IMG/VR virus record: IMGVR_UViG_3300030095_002703
DNA length: 64,000 nucleotides
Strand: one strand, 5' to 3'
Source: an uncultured virus (IMG/VR IMGVR_UViG_3300030095_002703)
Taxonomy: Duplodnaviria > Heunggongvirae > Uroviricota > Caudoviricetes
A model generated the notes under the pieces. The model made no database searches. It saw only the letters and a program-made list of their open reading frames with translations, and was not told where the DNA came from. Made by a program: the position numbers and the translations under genes. Below, in pieces: positions 36,619 through 45,190 of the stretch (positions are counted from its first letter, which is position 1; every line of letters begins with the position of its first letter).

Positions 36619-37053
36619 TCAAGCTATCCGTATAATAGCGGTATTTTTATCCGCCGTAGGAAAAGTTATTGTAAAAGTACTATTATTAGTTTGTTTATCG
36701 ACCCCAAAATCTAATACTGCCACAGCATTATTACCAGTGCCTGATGACCTATATATTAACGCGCCTCGCGCAGTTATAGTTGAACTAGGCCATGATACTG
36801 TTGAAAACCCTATATATGCTGTTGTGTCTGTAGATGTAGGGTTAGTATCTATACTAAGTGTTTTTCCACCTGCTGTATACCCTGTACCCGAAACTTCATT
36901 AGCACTGGAATATGCAGTAGTGGTAGCGTCTAGAGACGCGGTAGAAGTAAACAAAGCTATTTTAAATACATTATTTGTATCAGCACTAAAGTCCATTTCC
37001 CCATCAAAAAGGGATACTTTAAACGAAGTACATAATGTTTGCGTTAATGCCAT
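36619..37053 (-). CDS. Virion structural protein (tail region)
   Basis: FKIALFT..TTAYS..EVSGTGYTAGG..ARGALIY..VLDFG. Confidence 0.75.
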   Translation of the reverse strand: MALTQTLCTSFKVSLFDGEMDFSADTNNVFKIALFTSTASLDATTTAYSSANEVSGTGYTAGGKTLSIDTNPTSTDTTAYIGFSTVSWPSSTITARGALIYRSSGTGNNAVAVLDFGVDKQTNNSTFTITFPTADKNTAIIRIA

Positions 37054-37063
37054 CTATGCTGCC

Positions 37064-37696
37064 TTATGTTGGAGAAACTCTGTATTGTCCAGAACGATAC
37101 ACATCTTCTCGTAGTTTGCCATCACCCATATTTTTAAGTAATCCCATAGATAAAGCATACATTTTTTCGTAATTAGCTATTATATCTGGCTCACCTTTCA
37201 TAAATCTTATAGCTTCTACTAATGCCCCATTTAATAGCGCAGAGTCAAAGTTTGTACCTAACCAAGTAGTGCTAGCTGTAACTATAGACGTAGGATAATA
37301 TCCGTAAACATGTTCTATTTCATAATTAGCATCGGGTGTTGGAGCAAATTCTAATTTAGTATCACTATAATAAGCGTAAAATTTGGGTGTTCCGTAATGA
37401 GCATTGGTATTAATTGGGTATGCTTCACGTAAAAAATTAACATCTTTGTTTAATAAATAAGTGTAAGTACCACTACTTATAATAGCTAGGCTGTATGTAT
37501 ATAAATAATCGCTAGGTAAAGTATATAACTTATTTGTTTGAACCACTGGCCCTTCATCTACTTTACGAAGTGCGGGTAGTTGCACACCGGTATATATTTT
37601 TTGTTCCGCCTGTTGAGTAAACATAGCAAGCTGGTCGTTTGTAAAACTAGTCTCACAAATATCTTGAATGTTAGTTTTTAACTCAGTGTAATTCAT
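37064..37696 (-). CDS. Head-tail adaptor / tail tubular A-like protein
   Basis: MNYTELK..AE.KI..LP.D..G.PK.YA..APTPD..Y..LL.G.L.EA. Confidence 0.65.
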   Translation of the reverse strand: MNYTELKTNIQDICETSFTNDQLAMFTQQAEQKIYTGVQLPALRKVDEGPVVQTNKLYTLPSDYLYTYSLAIISSGTYTYLLNKDVNFLREAYPINTNAHYGTPKFYAYYSDTKLEFAPTPDANYEIEHVYGYYPTSIVTASTTWLGTNFDSALLNGALVEAIRFMKGEPDIIANYEKMYALSMGLLKNMGDGKLREDVYRSGQYRVSPT

Positions 37697-37699
37697 ACG

Positions 37700-37888
37700 T
37701 TAGCCCATTGGCCCTCTAGAAAAAATACCTTTAGTTGCTGCTCCAATACCACGCATTTTAACTTTACGGTTAGTAGCCGCTTTAACTGGGCCACCGTTTT
37801 TGTATTTAGACATTTTTTTAAAATCCTCACCAGAAATTTTACCGTCTTTATTTTTATCTAGCTTATATTGTTTACCTTTAAGTGCCAT
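37700..37888 (-). CDS. 62-aa basic protein with EF-hand-like loop
   Basis: LDKNKDGKISGEDF, YKNGG, RGIGAATKG. Confidence 0.75.
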   Translation of the reverse strand: MALKGKQYKLDKNKDGKISGEDFKKMSKYKNGGPVKAATNRKVKMRGIGAATKGIFSRGPMG

Positions 37889-37899
37889 ATTATTCTTCC

Positions 37900-38265
37900 T
37901 TATGAAGTTGTTACAGTTACGTCCCCTACAGCTCCAACAGCTTGAAGAGGATTAGGTGTTAAATTATAGGGATTTGCGCCCCCACCAACAGGGTTCCAAC
38001 CCCAATATATGTCTCTACTACTATTATCTCCCGATGCTCCCAAACTTCGGTCTGGTCTAGGATCACGTATTGCTTGCGGATCATCTACTGGAAACTCTCC
38101 TAATTTTAATTGGGGATGGTCAGGCTCCCAACATTCAATACACGCTTTTAAGTTTGTATCTCTATCTTTAACAATTAAATTACGTAACTCTCGTAATTTG
38201 TACTGAAATCCACAAATATCACATTCAGCTATGGCTATTTTATTAGAAGCAAATCTGTTACTCAT
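37900..38265 (-). CDS. Zn-binding head-completion-region protein
   Basis: ECDICG..CIECWEPDHPQL..DPQA..PRP. Confidence 0.75.
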   Translation of the reverse strand: MSNRFASNKIAIAECDICGFQYKLRELRNLIVKDRDTNLKACIECWEPDHPQLKLGEFPVDDPQAIRDPRPDRSLGASGDNSSRDIYWGWNPVGGGANPYNLTPNPLQAVGAVGDVTVTTS

Positions 38266-38954
38266 TATTGATAACTCATACGAGGTACAAACCTAGCAGA
38301 AGTTTTTTCTCTATCTTCTGCTGCGGCTAATTCAAATTGTTCTTCATACATTGCTTTTAGCATAGGTACGCGCTCTACAGCTTCAGGCAGTTTAAGAGAT
38401 ATATAGTAAGCTAACCCTGCTACTAAACAAGGAAAAAACCTAAAATTCATGTCTGCGGTTTGCACACCACTACCGGCATCTTCAATACGTCTCATTCTCC
38501 AATAATATAGTTTGTAGTCATTATTGTCTGGTAAAGGCCATACATGAAACTTAGGACGATCACGAAGCCTTTCTATATAAATTTGAATTGGTCTACCTTG
38601 TGTTAACTTGTTAGGGATTGAAGCGTATGTACTTACACTTATACGACTTATAGTAAGATCAGACTGAGTAGCTGTATTGCCTTGATTAGTTCGTATTTGG
38701 TGTTCTAACAAGTCTACTGTATCTGTAGGAAGGTCATAAGCAGTAGTTTGGCCTTTTACAAGATCTACAGTTCCATTATCTATAGTCCACATATTAATTC
38801 CACGATTTTGCCACTCTATAGTTAACAAATTCATAGACCTTCTAGCAGTTCTTAGATCATACCCTGAACGCATTTCACGCCCTGCGCGTTCAAATGCCTC
38901 TTCAGCAATTTCTGTAAACTCCATGTTAAATGCAGTAGTACCTGATGTAGTCAT
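38265..38954 (-). CDS. Head-tail connector/adaptor-like protein
   Basis: EEAFER.G..GYDL.TARRS.NL...W.NRG.N.W..GRP..WP.P. Confidence 0.65.
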   Translation of the reverse strand: MTTSGTTAFNMEFTEIAEEAFERAGREMRSGYDLRTARRSMNLLTIEWQNRGINMWTIDNGTVDLVKGQTTAYDLPTDTVDLLEHQIRTNQGNTATQSDLTISRISVSTYASIPNKLTQGRPIQIYIERLRDRPKFHVWPLPDNNDYKLYYWRMRRIEDAGSGVQTADMNFRFFPCLVAGLAYYISLKLPEAVERVPMLKAMYEEQFELAAAEDREKTSARFVPRMSYQ

Positions 38955-39127
38955 TATTTACCTACTTTTTTCATAGCGTCTTTGTGGGCTTGATTAAAAG
39001 TCTTTCCTAATTGCATAGCTTTTTTCATTTTAGACATATGTTTTTTGCTATGACGTACAGAATGTTTTTTAAGTGTTTCTTTCTGCCGTTTAGTTATTTC
39101 TTTAGTCTTACCGTATTTTTTACGCAT
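38954..39127 (-). CDS. 57-aa Lys/His-rich protein (below ORF-track cutoff)
   Basis: MRKKYGKTKEITKRQKETLKKHSVRHSKKHMSKMKKAMQLGKTFNQAHKDAMKKVGK; TAATG coupling. Confidence 0.75.
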   Translation of the reverse strand: MRKKYGKTKEITKRQKETLKKHSVRHSKKHMSKMKKAMQLGKTFNQAHKDAMKKVGK

Positions 39128-39137
39128 TGTTTATACC

Positions 39138-39467
39138 TTAAACATAAAGTGTTTTTTTACGTCTGTTGCTCATTACTTGTCCACACCCTTTAGCAATAGA
39201 CCGTTTGCCTCTAGCAAGCCCACCTCTGCGCAATTTAACAGTAGCGGGTTTTGTATTTTTTACTACCGTTTTTCCTTTTGCTCCTGCGCGTTTCTTTTTT
39301 TTGGCTGTAGACGCTCTTTCGCTTTTACTAAGCGATTGCGCTTTACTTCTAGGTAAACATCTGTCTGGGTTTTTTTTATCTTTAGACGTACCACACTTAC
39401 CTTTAATATTACCGTCTGTACCGATTCTAACCCAGTCTTGGTCTACCCATTTTTTAAGGTCGCCCAT
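39138..39467 (-). CDS. Small basic protein
   Basis: 109 aa; LKKW..QDW..CG..RCLP..KA; LRRGG. Confidence 0.8.
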   Translation of the reverse strand: MGDLKKWVDQDWVRIGTDGNIKGKCGTSKDKKNPDRCLPRSKAQSLSKSERASTAKKKKRAGAKGKTVVKNTKPATVKLRRGGLARGKRSIAKGCGQVMSNRRKKTLYV

Positions 39468-39625
39468 TACTTCTTACCTTTTGACCCCTTTGCATAATTA
39501 GGATCTTTACAGTATTTTGAAGCTGCCATGTTTGCATATGCAGAAGGATATGTATCAAAAGTTCGTTTGGCCCAAGCCTTACCTTTAGCACATATTTTTC
39601 CGCCAGATTTATAATACCTACGCAT
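39467..39625 (-). CDS. 52-aa basic protein (below ORF-track cutoff)
   Basis: MRRYYKSGGKICAKGKAWAKRTFDTYPSAYANMAASKYCKDPNYAKGSKGKK; TAATG coupling on both sides. Confidence 0.8.
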   Translation of the reverse strand: MRRYYKSGGKICAKGKAWAKRTFDTYPSAYANMAASKYCKDPNYAKGSKGKK

Positions 39626-40191
39626 TATGAACCCTTCATTGTTACCATTTTAGCCTTACGGACACCTTGTTTTGCTATACCACATCCGCGAACTTTACCG
39701 CCGTGCTTCATCATAGGCATCTTGCTACCTCGGCCTCGGCCTCTACCCGTAGGAGCGCGTTTTTTCTTTGGGGGCATTGGGCCACCCATTGGAGGCTTTG
39801 GCCCTGTACCTAATCCAGTTCCAGAGTCATCATAAGGAGCTGGCCCTTTAGGGTTTTTCCTTCGAGGTACTCCCAAACCTCTAATAGGGCCAGACTCTGG
39901 TGCGTCAGCTTCCCTAATCTCTTTTCTTCCTCCGACCATCATCCCTCGTTGATACTTAGGCATCCCGCCTTTTTTCATCTTGGGCATAGCCTTGGGCATT
40001 TTTTTGTCTTTCATTTTCATTTCTTGCTCCTGTTTCTTTTTAGCCGCTTTTTCTTTAGGGCTGAGGTTTAAGTTTTGAGTCATAATATCAAATTCAAATT
40101 TAGCCTGTTCTTCAGGGGTCATTTTTGAATAATCTTTTGATTTTTTACCAGTACTCACTTGTTTTGACATTGCACTTCTACTATTAGTCAC
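39625..40191 (-). CDS. Lys/Met/Pro-rich basic protein
   Basis: 188 aa; MKKGG, MKHGG, RGCGIA..G. Confidence 0.75.
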   Translation of the reverse strand: MTNSRSAMSKQVSTGKKSKDYSKMTPEEQAKFEFDIMTQNLNLSPKEKAAKKKQEQEMKMKDKKMPKAMPKMKKGGMPKYQRGMMVGGRKEIREADAPESGPIRGLGVPRRKNPKGPAPYDDSGTGLGTGPKPPMGGPMPPKKKRAPTGRGRGRGSKMPMMKHGGKVRGCGIAKQGVRKAKMVTMKGS

Positions 40192-40200
40192 GATATTCTC

Positions 40201-40503
40201 CTAGCATTTCCACCGTCTCCTAGCTTGCCGCAACCTTGAATTAGGGTTTTTAGCTGCTTTAGGAAACTTTTTCATTTGTCCAGCAGAACGAGCGCAATAA
40301 GACTTTCGTCTACTTGCTCGCTTGCCAGTTGGTTTGTCTTCAGTAACCGCGGTTTGTAACTTAGATCCGGGGTTGTTCCTTCTATACTTAGCTACGCCTT
40401 TTTTGGTCATACCCGCGCCAGATTTAGTGGGGCGCTTATCACCACTTTTAATGGACATACCTTTCATGCCCACTCCGCCACCTTTTCTATAATACTTACG
40501 CAT
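40201..40503 (-). CDS. Small basic protein
   Basis: GAGMT.KG...YR..NPGSKL..RRKSYCARS.GQ..RWKC. Confidence 0.8.
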   Translation of the reverse strand: MRKYYRKGGGVGMKGMSIKSGDKRPTKSGAGMTKKGVAKYRRNNPGSKLQTAVTEDKPTGKRASRRKSYCARSAGQMKKFPKAAKNPNSRLRQARRRWKC

Positions 40504-40792
40504 AAAACACAGTTACTTGAGTTATTCCATCACCCAAAACTAACTGTGGATCGTCTGTACAACGTATACCATCTGCGGGTATGTTAATAGAATGCACTGT
40601 GGCTGCGGATGTAGGAATTGTCATAGTAAGAACAGTAGAACCACCTGCGCCATCTTTAACAACAAGACTTCCTGTACCGCTAGCAGCGCCAACTATCTGT
40701 ATCTGACGTATACGAGCGGGGCCTACACCCAACACTACAGTTTGGTTTCCAGCTTTTGTTATAGCCTGTACATCGGAGCTAAATGATCCCAT
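40496..40792 (-). CDS. Small beta-rich virion protein
   Basis: 98 aa; IPADGI..VTVFY. Confidence 0.7.
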   Translation of the reverse strand: MGSFSSDVQAITKAGNQTVVLGVGPARIRQIQIVGAASGTGSLVVKDGAGGSTVLTMTIPTSAATVHSINIPADGIRCTDDPQLVLGDGITQVTVFYA

Positions 40793-40804
40793 GATAGTCT
40801 CCTA

Positions 40805-41434
40805 TTATGCAAAGATTGCTGCGCCAGTAGAATTGTCGTCTGCTGTACCCATAGAACCTGTTACTAACCAAGCCAACTTAGCTCCACCACCTGCGCCAGT
40901 ATTACCTGTAAGCACGGCTGTTAGAGTTACAGTAGAGCCTAAAGAACCTGCACCGTTAGCTAGATTATCATCAAACTTAATAGTTGTGTCAGTTCCACCT
41001 GTTGGAATAAAACCTTTAGCTCCATTTTCTGCGGCTGTAGTACCTAGTTGCACACCACCAACAAAATAATCATTGTCATAAGCAGTAACAACAGACCTTA
41101 GGTTGTCAGAAGCCACAGTTTCAACAAAAATAAATTGCACACCGATGTCAGAAGCAGTAACTGCTGGTAGTGTGACTGTAGTAGCCTCATCTTTATCAAA
41201 TAAAATTACTGCTCCGTTTGCAGAAGTAGTAAGTGTAAGAGCAGCATCGTTCCAGTCAGTGTAGGTTGTTTGACGAATTACTTGTTTATGGTCAGCGACT
41301 GCGCCATCAGTAGTAAAGTTACCGCTAGAGTCAATAGTTGATTTTGTAGTCTCCACGCCAGTATCAGCGGCTTTAGAAATTACTTGGAAACCGTTTTCGG
41401 AGCGTACTGCTCCATTAAATGTAGTATTAGCCAT
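40805..41434 (-). CDS. Virion structural protein (head fibre/decoration-like)
   Basis: MANTTFNGAVRSENGF N-terminus; TLPA beta-rich body; follows the capsid gene. Confidence 0.65.
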   Translation of the reverse strand: MANTTFNGAVRSENGFQVISKAADTGVETTKSTIDSSGNFTTDGAVADHKQVIRQTTYTDWNDAALTLTTSANGAVILFDKDEATTVTLPAVTASDIGVQFIFVETVASDNLRSVVTAYDNDYFVGGVQLGTTAAENGAKGFIPTGGTDTTIKFDDNLANGAGSLGSTVTLTAVLTGNTGAGGGAKLAWLVTGSMGTADDNSTGAAIFA

Positions 41435-41522
41435 AATATAGTTCTCACATGTGAGTTAAAGCAAATCTGTCTACATGTCGTCAGTCGGGCCTGTCAGATT
41501 CACCGGATTGTTTCCCGATATA
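41435..41522 (-). ncRNA. Candidate structured (pseudoknotted) 5' leader RNA
   Basis: UCGGG/CCCGA, AAUCUG/CAGAUU and ACAUGU/ACAUGU pairings; promoter TTGACG-N18-TATGTT at 41529-41558. Confidence 0.45.
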
Positions 41523-41562
41523 AAAAAGAACATATCACAGTATCTGTCTTTACGTCAAACAT

Positions 41563-41586
41563 AAAAAAGGGAGCCGAAGCTCCCTT
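41563..41586 (-). terminator. Terminator after major capsid gene
   Basis: AAGGGAGC-ttcg-GCTCCCTT followed by T-tract. Confidence 0.9.
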
Positions 41587-41602
41587 AGTAAAACACGTTA
41601 CC

Positions 41603-42508
41603 TTACGCCCCCGGAGATCCGAAGATACCCAGTGGATCAGAAACGCCAAATGAATAACGCTCACGAGCTTTATAACGACTGTTACCAGTGTCAAAGTCTG
41701 CATCCATAGATGTAGCCATTGGGGAACGAGTAAAGTGCTTTAAGCCGTTAGGCACGTCAGTCATCAAGAACCACGCATCAGTATCGGTTAGATAATGATT
41801 AATCGCGTATCCTTGTGGGATAGCGCCGTTGTTGCGTAGAGCATTGATGTCGTTGTCCGCAGTGGCAACACGCCCCTCAGTCTCAAGCAAACGAGTTGCA
41901 ACAAATTGCAAGTTTGATGGGATAATGAGTTTTTTAGGCTGTGCAGCGATCTTCAAACCACGCTCATCAGTCCAAGCGCCAATCTGAATAACAGAAGCTT
42001 CTAAAGAAGTTTCGTTAAGGTCAGATGCAACCGTTGGACGGTTTGAGTTAGTTCCGCCGCTAACTAGAGGGTGATCGGTAGCACAAAGTACTTTTCCGTC
42101 TCCATAGGTAGTAGTAGCAAAAGCATTATTTAGAACTGTAGCCGCTTTAACTTGCTTGGTGTAAGCCATAGCGCGAGCTAATGCTTTAGTGTAACGAGCA
42201 GATAAGGAGTCATACAAATTATCTTCGATTGCTTCCTCAGTAATTGCAAAACCCATAGCAACAGTTTCATGCGTGTATCGTGCAGTGAAAGCTTCTTGCG
42301 CGTTATCGTACTCAATTGCAGAACCTTCTGACTTGGTTGGGGCAGAGCCAAAACCAGACAGTTTAGTTTCTTCTTCAAAAGAACGGTCAGAGTTTTCAGT
42401 CTCGAAAATCTCTTTGTGCTCTTCGCCATATTTAGCGTACTCCAAACCAAACAATGCGTTTAATCCGGGGAGTAGCTCTTTAAGTAATTGACTTCTCGAA
42501 ATAGCCAT
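41603..42508 (-). CDS. Major capsid protein
   Basis: MAISRSQLLKELLPGLNALFGLEY.., ITEEAIEDNLY, GDGKVLCATDHP, KARERYSFG; strong terminator follows. Confidence 0.9.
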   Translation of the reverse strand: MAISRSQLLKELLPGLNALFGLEYAKYGEEHKEIFETENSDRSFEEETKLSGFGSAPTKSEGSAIEYDNAQEAFTARYTHETVAMGFAITEEAIEDNLYDSLSARYTKALARAMAYTKQVKAATVLNNAFATTTYGDGKVLCATDHPLVSGGTNSNRPTVASDLNETSLEASVIQIGAWTDERGLKIAAQPKKLIIPSNLQFVATRLLETEGRVATADNDINALRNNGAIPQGYAINHYLTDTDAWFLMTDVPNGLKHFTRSPMATSMDADFDTGNSRYKARERYSFGVSDPLGIFGSPGA

Positions 42509-42512
42509 ATAA

Positions 42513-43127
42513 TTATTCTCCTACAATGCCGGTACCCATTTGATGGTACGGTAGGTTAAATTTAACTAAAACATCAGTCTTAGCGTCTCCAATGGCAGAA
42601 CCAGTCTTGGTTACAAAACCAATTACTTTAAATGCCTTAGTAGCGGTAGCAGTAGTAGCATCCAATGCAACATTAGACTTACCAGTAGTCGTATTTACAG
42701 AAGTAGTTGCATGCTGTGCGCCAGTCAAAGGAGCGTTATGTCCCAAAGCAGTCTGAGCAATAGCTCCATCAGCCTGTACTTGGAAGGTTACACCGGGGTC
42801 AGTTACCACGTAAGCAGTAGCGTTAGCAGTGCCTGAGGGGTAATACTGAGCAAAAATCAACTGCCCTTCAGAATTGACGTATTCACAACCAACAAACACA
42901 CCTAGAGCGCCAATACTGCTGCCCCCCAAATTGTTAGTAGTTGCATCTGCGCCAGTACCAGAAGCGAGTTGCACATATCCTGCATTTATTTCAACAATAG
43001 AACCGTAGCCAATGTTCTGAGCTACACCAGCAGGAGTAATAAGAAAAGCATCACGGGCACCTGCATAAGGTGTACCGTCAGCTTTACGTACGGGGACAAG
43101 CCCGTATGGGGAAGCTGTAGCAGCCAT
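42513..43127 (-). CDS. Capsid-associated (cement/decoration-like) protein
   Basis: PYGL.PV..GVFVGCEY..DP...F.VQ; directly upstream of capsid gene. Confidence 0.6.
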   Translation of the reverse strand: MAATASPYGLVPVRKADGTPYAGARDAFLITPAGVAQNIGYGSIVEINAGYVQLASGTGADATTNNLGGSSIGALGVFVGCEYVNSEGQLIFAQYYPSGTANATAYVVTDPGVTFQVQADGAIAQTALGHNAPLTGAQHATTSVNTTTGKSNVALDATTATATKAFKVIGFVTKTGSAIGDAKTDVLVKFNLPYHQMGTGIVGE

Positions 43128-43153
43128 AATATCTATCCTTTATAAAAATTAAA

Positions 43154-43603
43154 TTAAGTTCCTTTACCAAAGGTAACTTTCGTTTTCCGCTCATTAAACA
43201 GCGGCATACGAGCATCACTCTCTCGCATAAGGTTGTTATCTACAGATTCTATTTGAGACTTAGCTTGTCCCTCATAATATTCTGTACGTTCGTCAACCAT
43301 TTCGCTAGGAGCTTTACATAACATTAATCCACCAATAATTACATTATCTTTAAATCGATCATTTTCAATTGTAACTAAAGTAATTTCTGGGTGGTTTGAC
43401 GCTTTTACAGGCTCCCAACCTTCACGTAACTTTGAAGAAACATTAGTGGCATCGGCACTGCCTTGTGTAGCTACTCGAATCCAACGGTAAGCGTATCCAG
43501 CTTCAGGTGTAGGGGAAGGTAATACTTCTGGTCTACTCCAAGCTTGTTTACGCGTTGTTTTTTCACGGGTTTCTAATTCACGGTTTAATCTGTTCTCAGC
43601 CAT
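43154..43603 (-). CDS. Conserved head-module hypothetical protein
   Basis: YRWIR..D..N....REGWEPV..GGL.LC. Confidence 0.8.
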   Translation of the reverse strand: MAENRLNRELETREKTTRKQAWSRPEVLPSPTPEAGYAYRWIRVATQGSADATNVSSKLREGWEPVKASNHPEITLVTIENDRFKDNVIIGGLMLCKAPSEMVDERTEYYEGQAKSQIESVDNNLMRESDARMPLFNERKTKVTFGKGT

Positions 43604-44607
43604 TATATTTTCCTCATCTCTTCAGCAACCTTTTTGGCGTATAAATCCAGTGGAACTCCAAGTTTTTTAGCAATAGCTACTTGTGTCTGCGTTAATTTCA
43701 CCTTTTTAGGTGAGGTGCTCCGCGTAGCGGGTGCAACCACATTTGCTTGCCGTTTCGTCTTTGTTACTGGCTCATCCCCGAAATTTTCGGGAAACACTTT
43801 CTGCATACGAGTATTAATAGTCTCGTAGTATTCATCACTAGCAGGGTCTACACCCTCTTCAACAAGTCGTTCATGCAGCCCCATAGCAAAACCTGTCATT
43901 TCTTTATCAGAACCAAACCACGGGTTATTTTCTGCCCATTCTGAGGCTCTAGAGTCAACAACAGTTTTGGGGGCGGACTCTTGTGTAGGTATTTGTACCT
44001 CATTCTTTTCTTCTTGTAAAGGCTCAGCTTTAAAATTAGATAACTTATCTGCTTTTATTTTGGCATTAGTTAGTTTTTCTTGCGCCTCTATTAATTTATC
44101 TGCGTCTCCAGCTTCATACGCTTGTTTGTATGAACGTTTGGCAGAAAGCATTTCTATAGCTGAGTTTTTCTTAGCTTGTTCAAGCAACGCTTCCTGATTT
44201 TTTTCTACATTGCTTTTTAGGTTTTTGTTTTCATCAACTAACTTTTTAGCAAAACTTTCTAGCTCTTGTCGTTCACGTAAAGCCTGTTCTTTAGCCCTAC
44301 GTTCATCGTGATAACCTTTGCTAAAATGTTTAATACGATTTTGAACTTTTTCAGAATAATCTTCTAACTCTTCGTCCGTAACATCTTCAGGAGGTTTAGA
44401 AGGTGTACGATTTCTATCTGCTTTCGGAGTATCATCTACAACTTCAATTTCCAACTCTTCTTCCTTAGGTGTTTTTTCGACAAGTTTTTCTTTAGGTTGT
44501 TTACCAGATAAATCAATCTCTACCGCAGTAGATTTTTCTACTTCAATTTCTGGTTTCTTATCCTCAATTTCATCAGGAAAACTATACTCAACTTTTTGAA
44601 ATCCCAT
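43603..44607 (-). CDS. Putative scaffold protein
   Basis: Acidic/coiled-coil, WAENNPWFG, C-terminal LT..Q..IA.KLGV...YA; start set at MGFQK behind AAGGAG. Confidence 0.65.
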   Translation of the reverse strand: MGFQKVEYSFPDEIEDKKPEIEVEKSTAVEIDLSGKQPKEKLVEKTPKEEELEIEVVDDTPKADRNRTPSKPPEDVTDEELEDYSEKVQNRIKHFSKGYHDERRAKEQALRERQELESFAKKLVDENKNLKSNVEKNQEALLEQAKKNSAIEMLSAKRSYKQAYEAGDADKLIEAQEKLTNAKIKADKLSNFKAEPLQEEKNEVQIPTQESAPKTVVDSRASEWAENNPWFGSDKEMTGFAMGLHERLVEEGVDPASDEYYETINTRMQKVFPENFGDEPVTKTKRQANVVAPATRSTSPKKVKLTQTQVAIAKKLGVPLDLYAKKVAEEMRKI

Positions 44608-44617
44608 GTTATTCTCC

Positions 44618-45007
44618 TTACACTCGTGTAACGCCACGAGGATCGTTAACTATTGCTTCAACCGAGTCATCATTCATTAACCGATACTCGACACCACCTA
44701 CTTTAAATCTTGTTCCTGTGTTAGCACGAAACATGACATAATCTCCTACCTTGCACCAAGGGCCATCAGGGAAACGGTCTTTATCCGAATAAGCTTGTCC
44801 ACCTATATCTAATACAAGTCCAATAGTAGACATAATATAATCGTGATGCATTTCCTTACTTGATTTGATAATTCCGCTATCGCCGTAAGTATCTTCTACT
44901 TCAGGCATTGCTATCAAAATCCTATAACCTACAGGAATAGGTATTTGATGTTCTAACTCTTCTTCAATTACTTCAGGGTTTGGTGTTAAATCAGTCATTG
45001 TCATCAT
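44618..45007 (-). CDS. groES: GroES/Cpn10-like co-chaperonin
   Basis: PVGYRILI..SGII..G.V..G..KVGDYV.F..G......YRLMNDD.V.A.V. Confidence 0.85.
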   Translation of the reverse strand: MMTMTDLTPNPEVIEEELEHQIPIPVGYRILIAMPEVEDTYGDSGIIKSSKEMHHDYIMSTIGLVLDIGGQAYSDKDRFPDGPWCKVGDYVMFRANTGTRFKVGGVEYRLMNDDSVEAIVNDPRGVTRV

Positions 45008-45188
45008 CCATATAATTTCGCGAAAGGTCTTTTACGAAAGATAAGCTAGTTTGAAGACCTCGTATCAAACCAACCACTTCTCGATAGTTCGCGTAATCTG
45101 TAGCCGAACCATTTTCAAGAAACTCTTTTGCTGAGAATGTAGCATCCTCGATTTGTTTTGTTAGCACGTCAAAGACGGTAGTAGCCAT
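44991..45188 (-). CDS. Small conserved head-module protein
   Basis: G.A.DY..Y...VG.IRGL. Confidence 0.75.
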   Translation of the reverse strand: MATTVFDVLTKQIEDATFSAKEFLENGSATDYANYREVVGLIRGLQTSLSFVKDLSRNYMDDDND

Positions 45189-45190
45189 AC

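Noticed and set aside
41435..41522. Hammerhead ribozyme (GAAAC and CUGACGA are both present)
   Set aside because: Stems II and III and the NUH cleavage triplet could not be built
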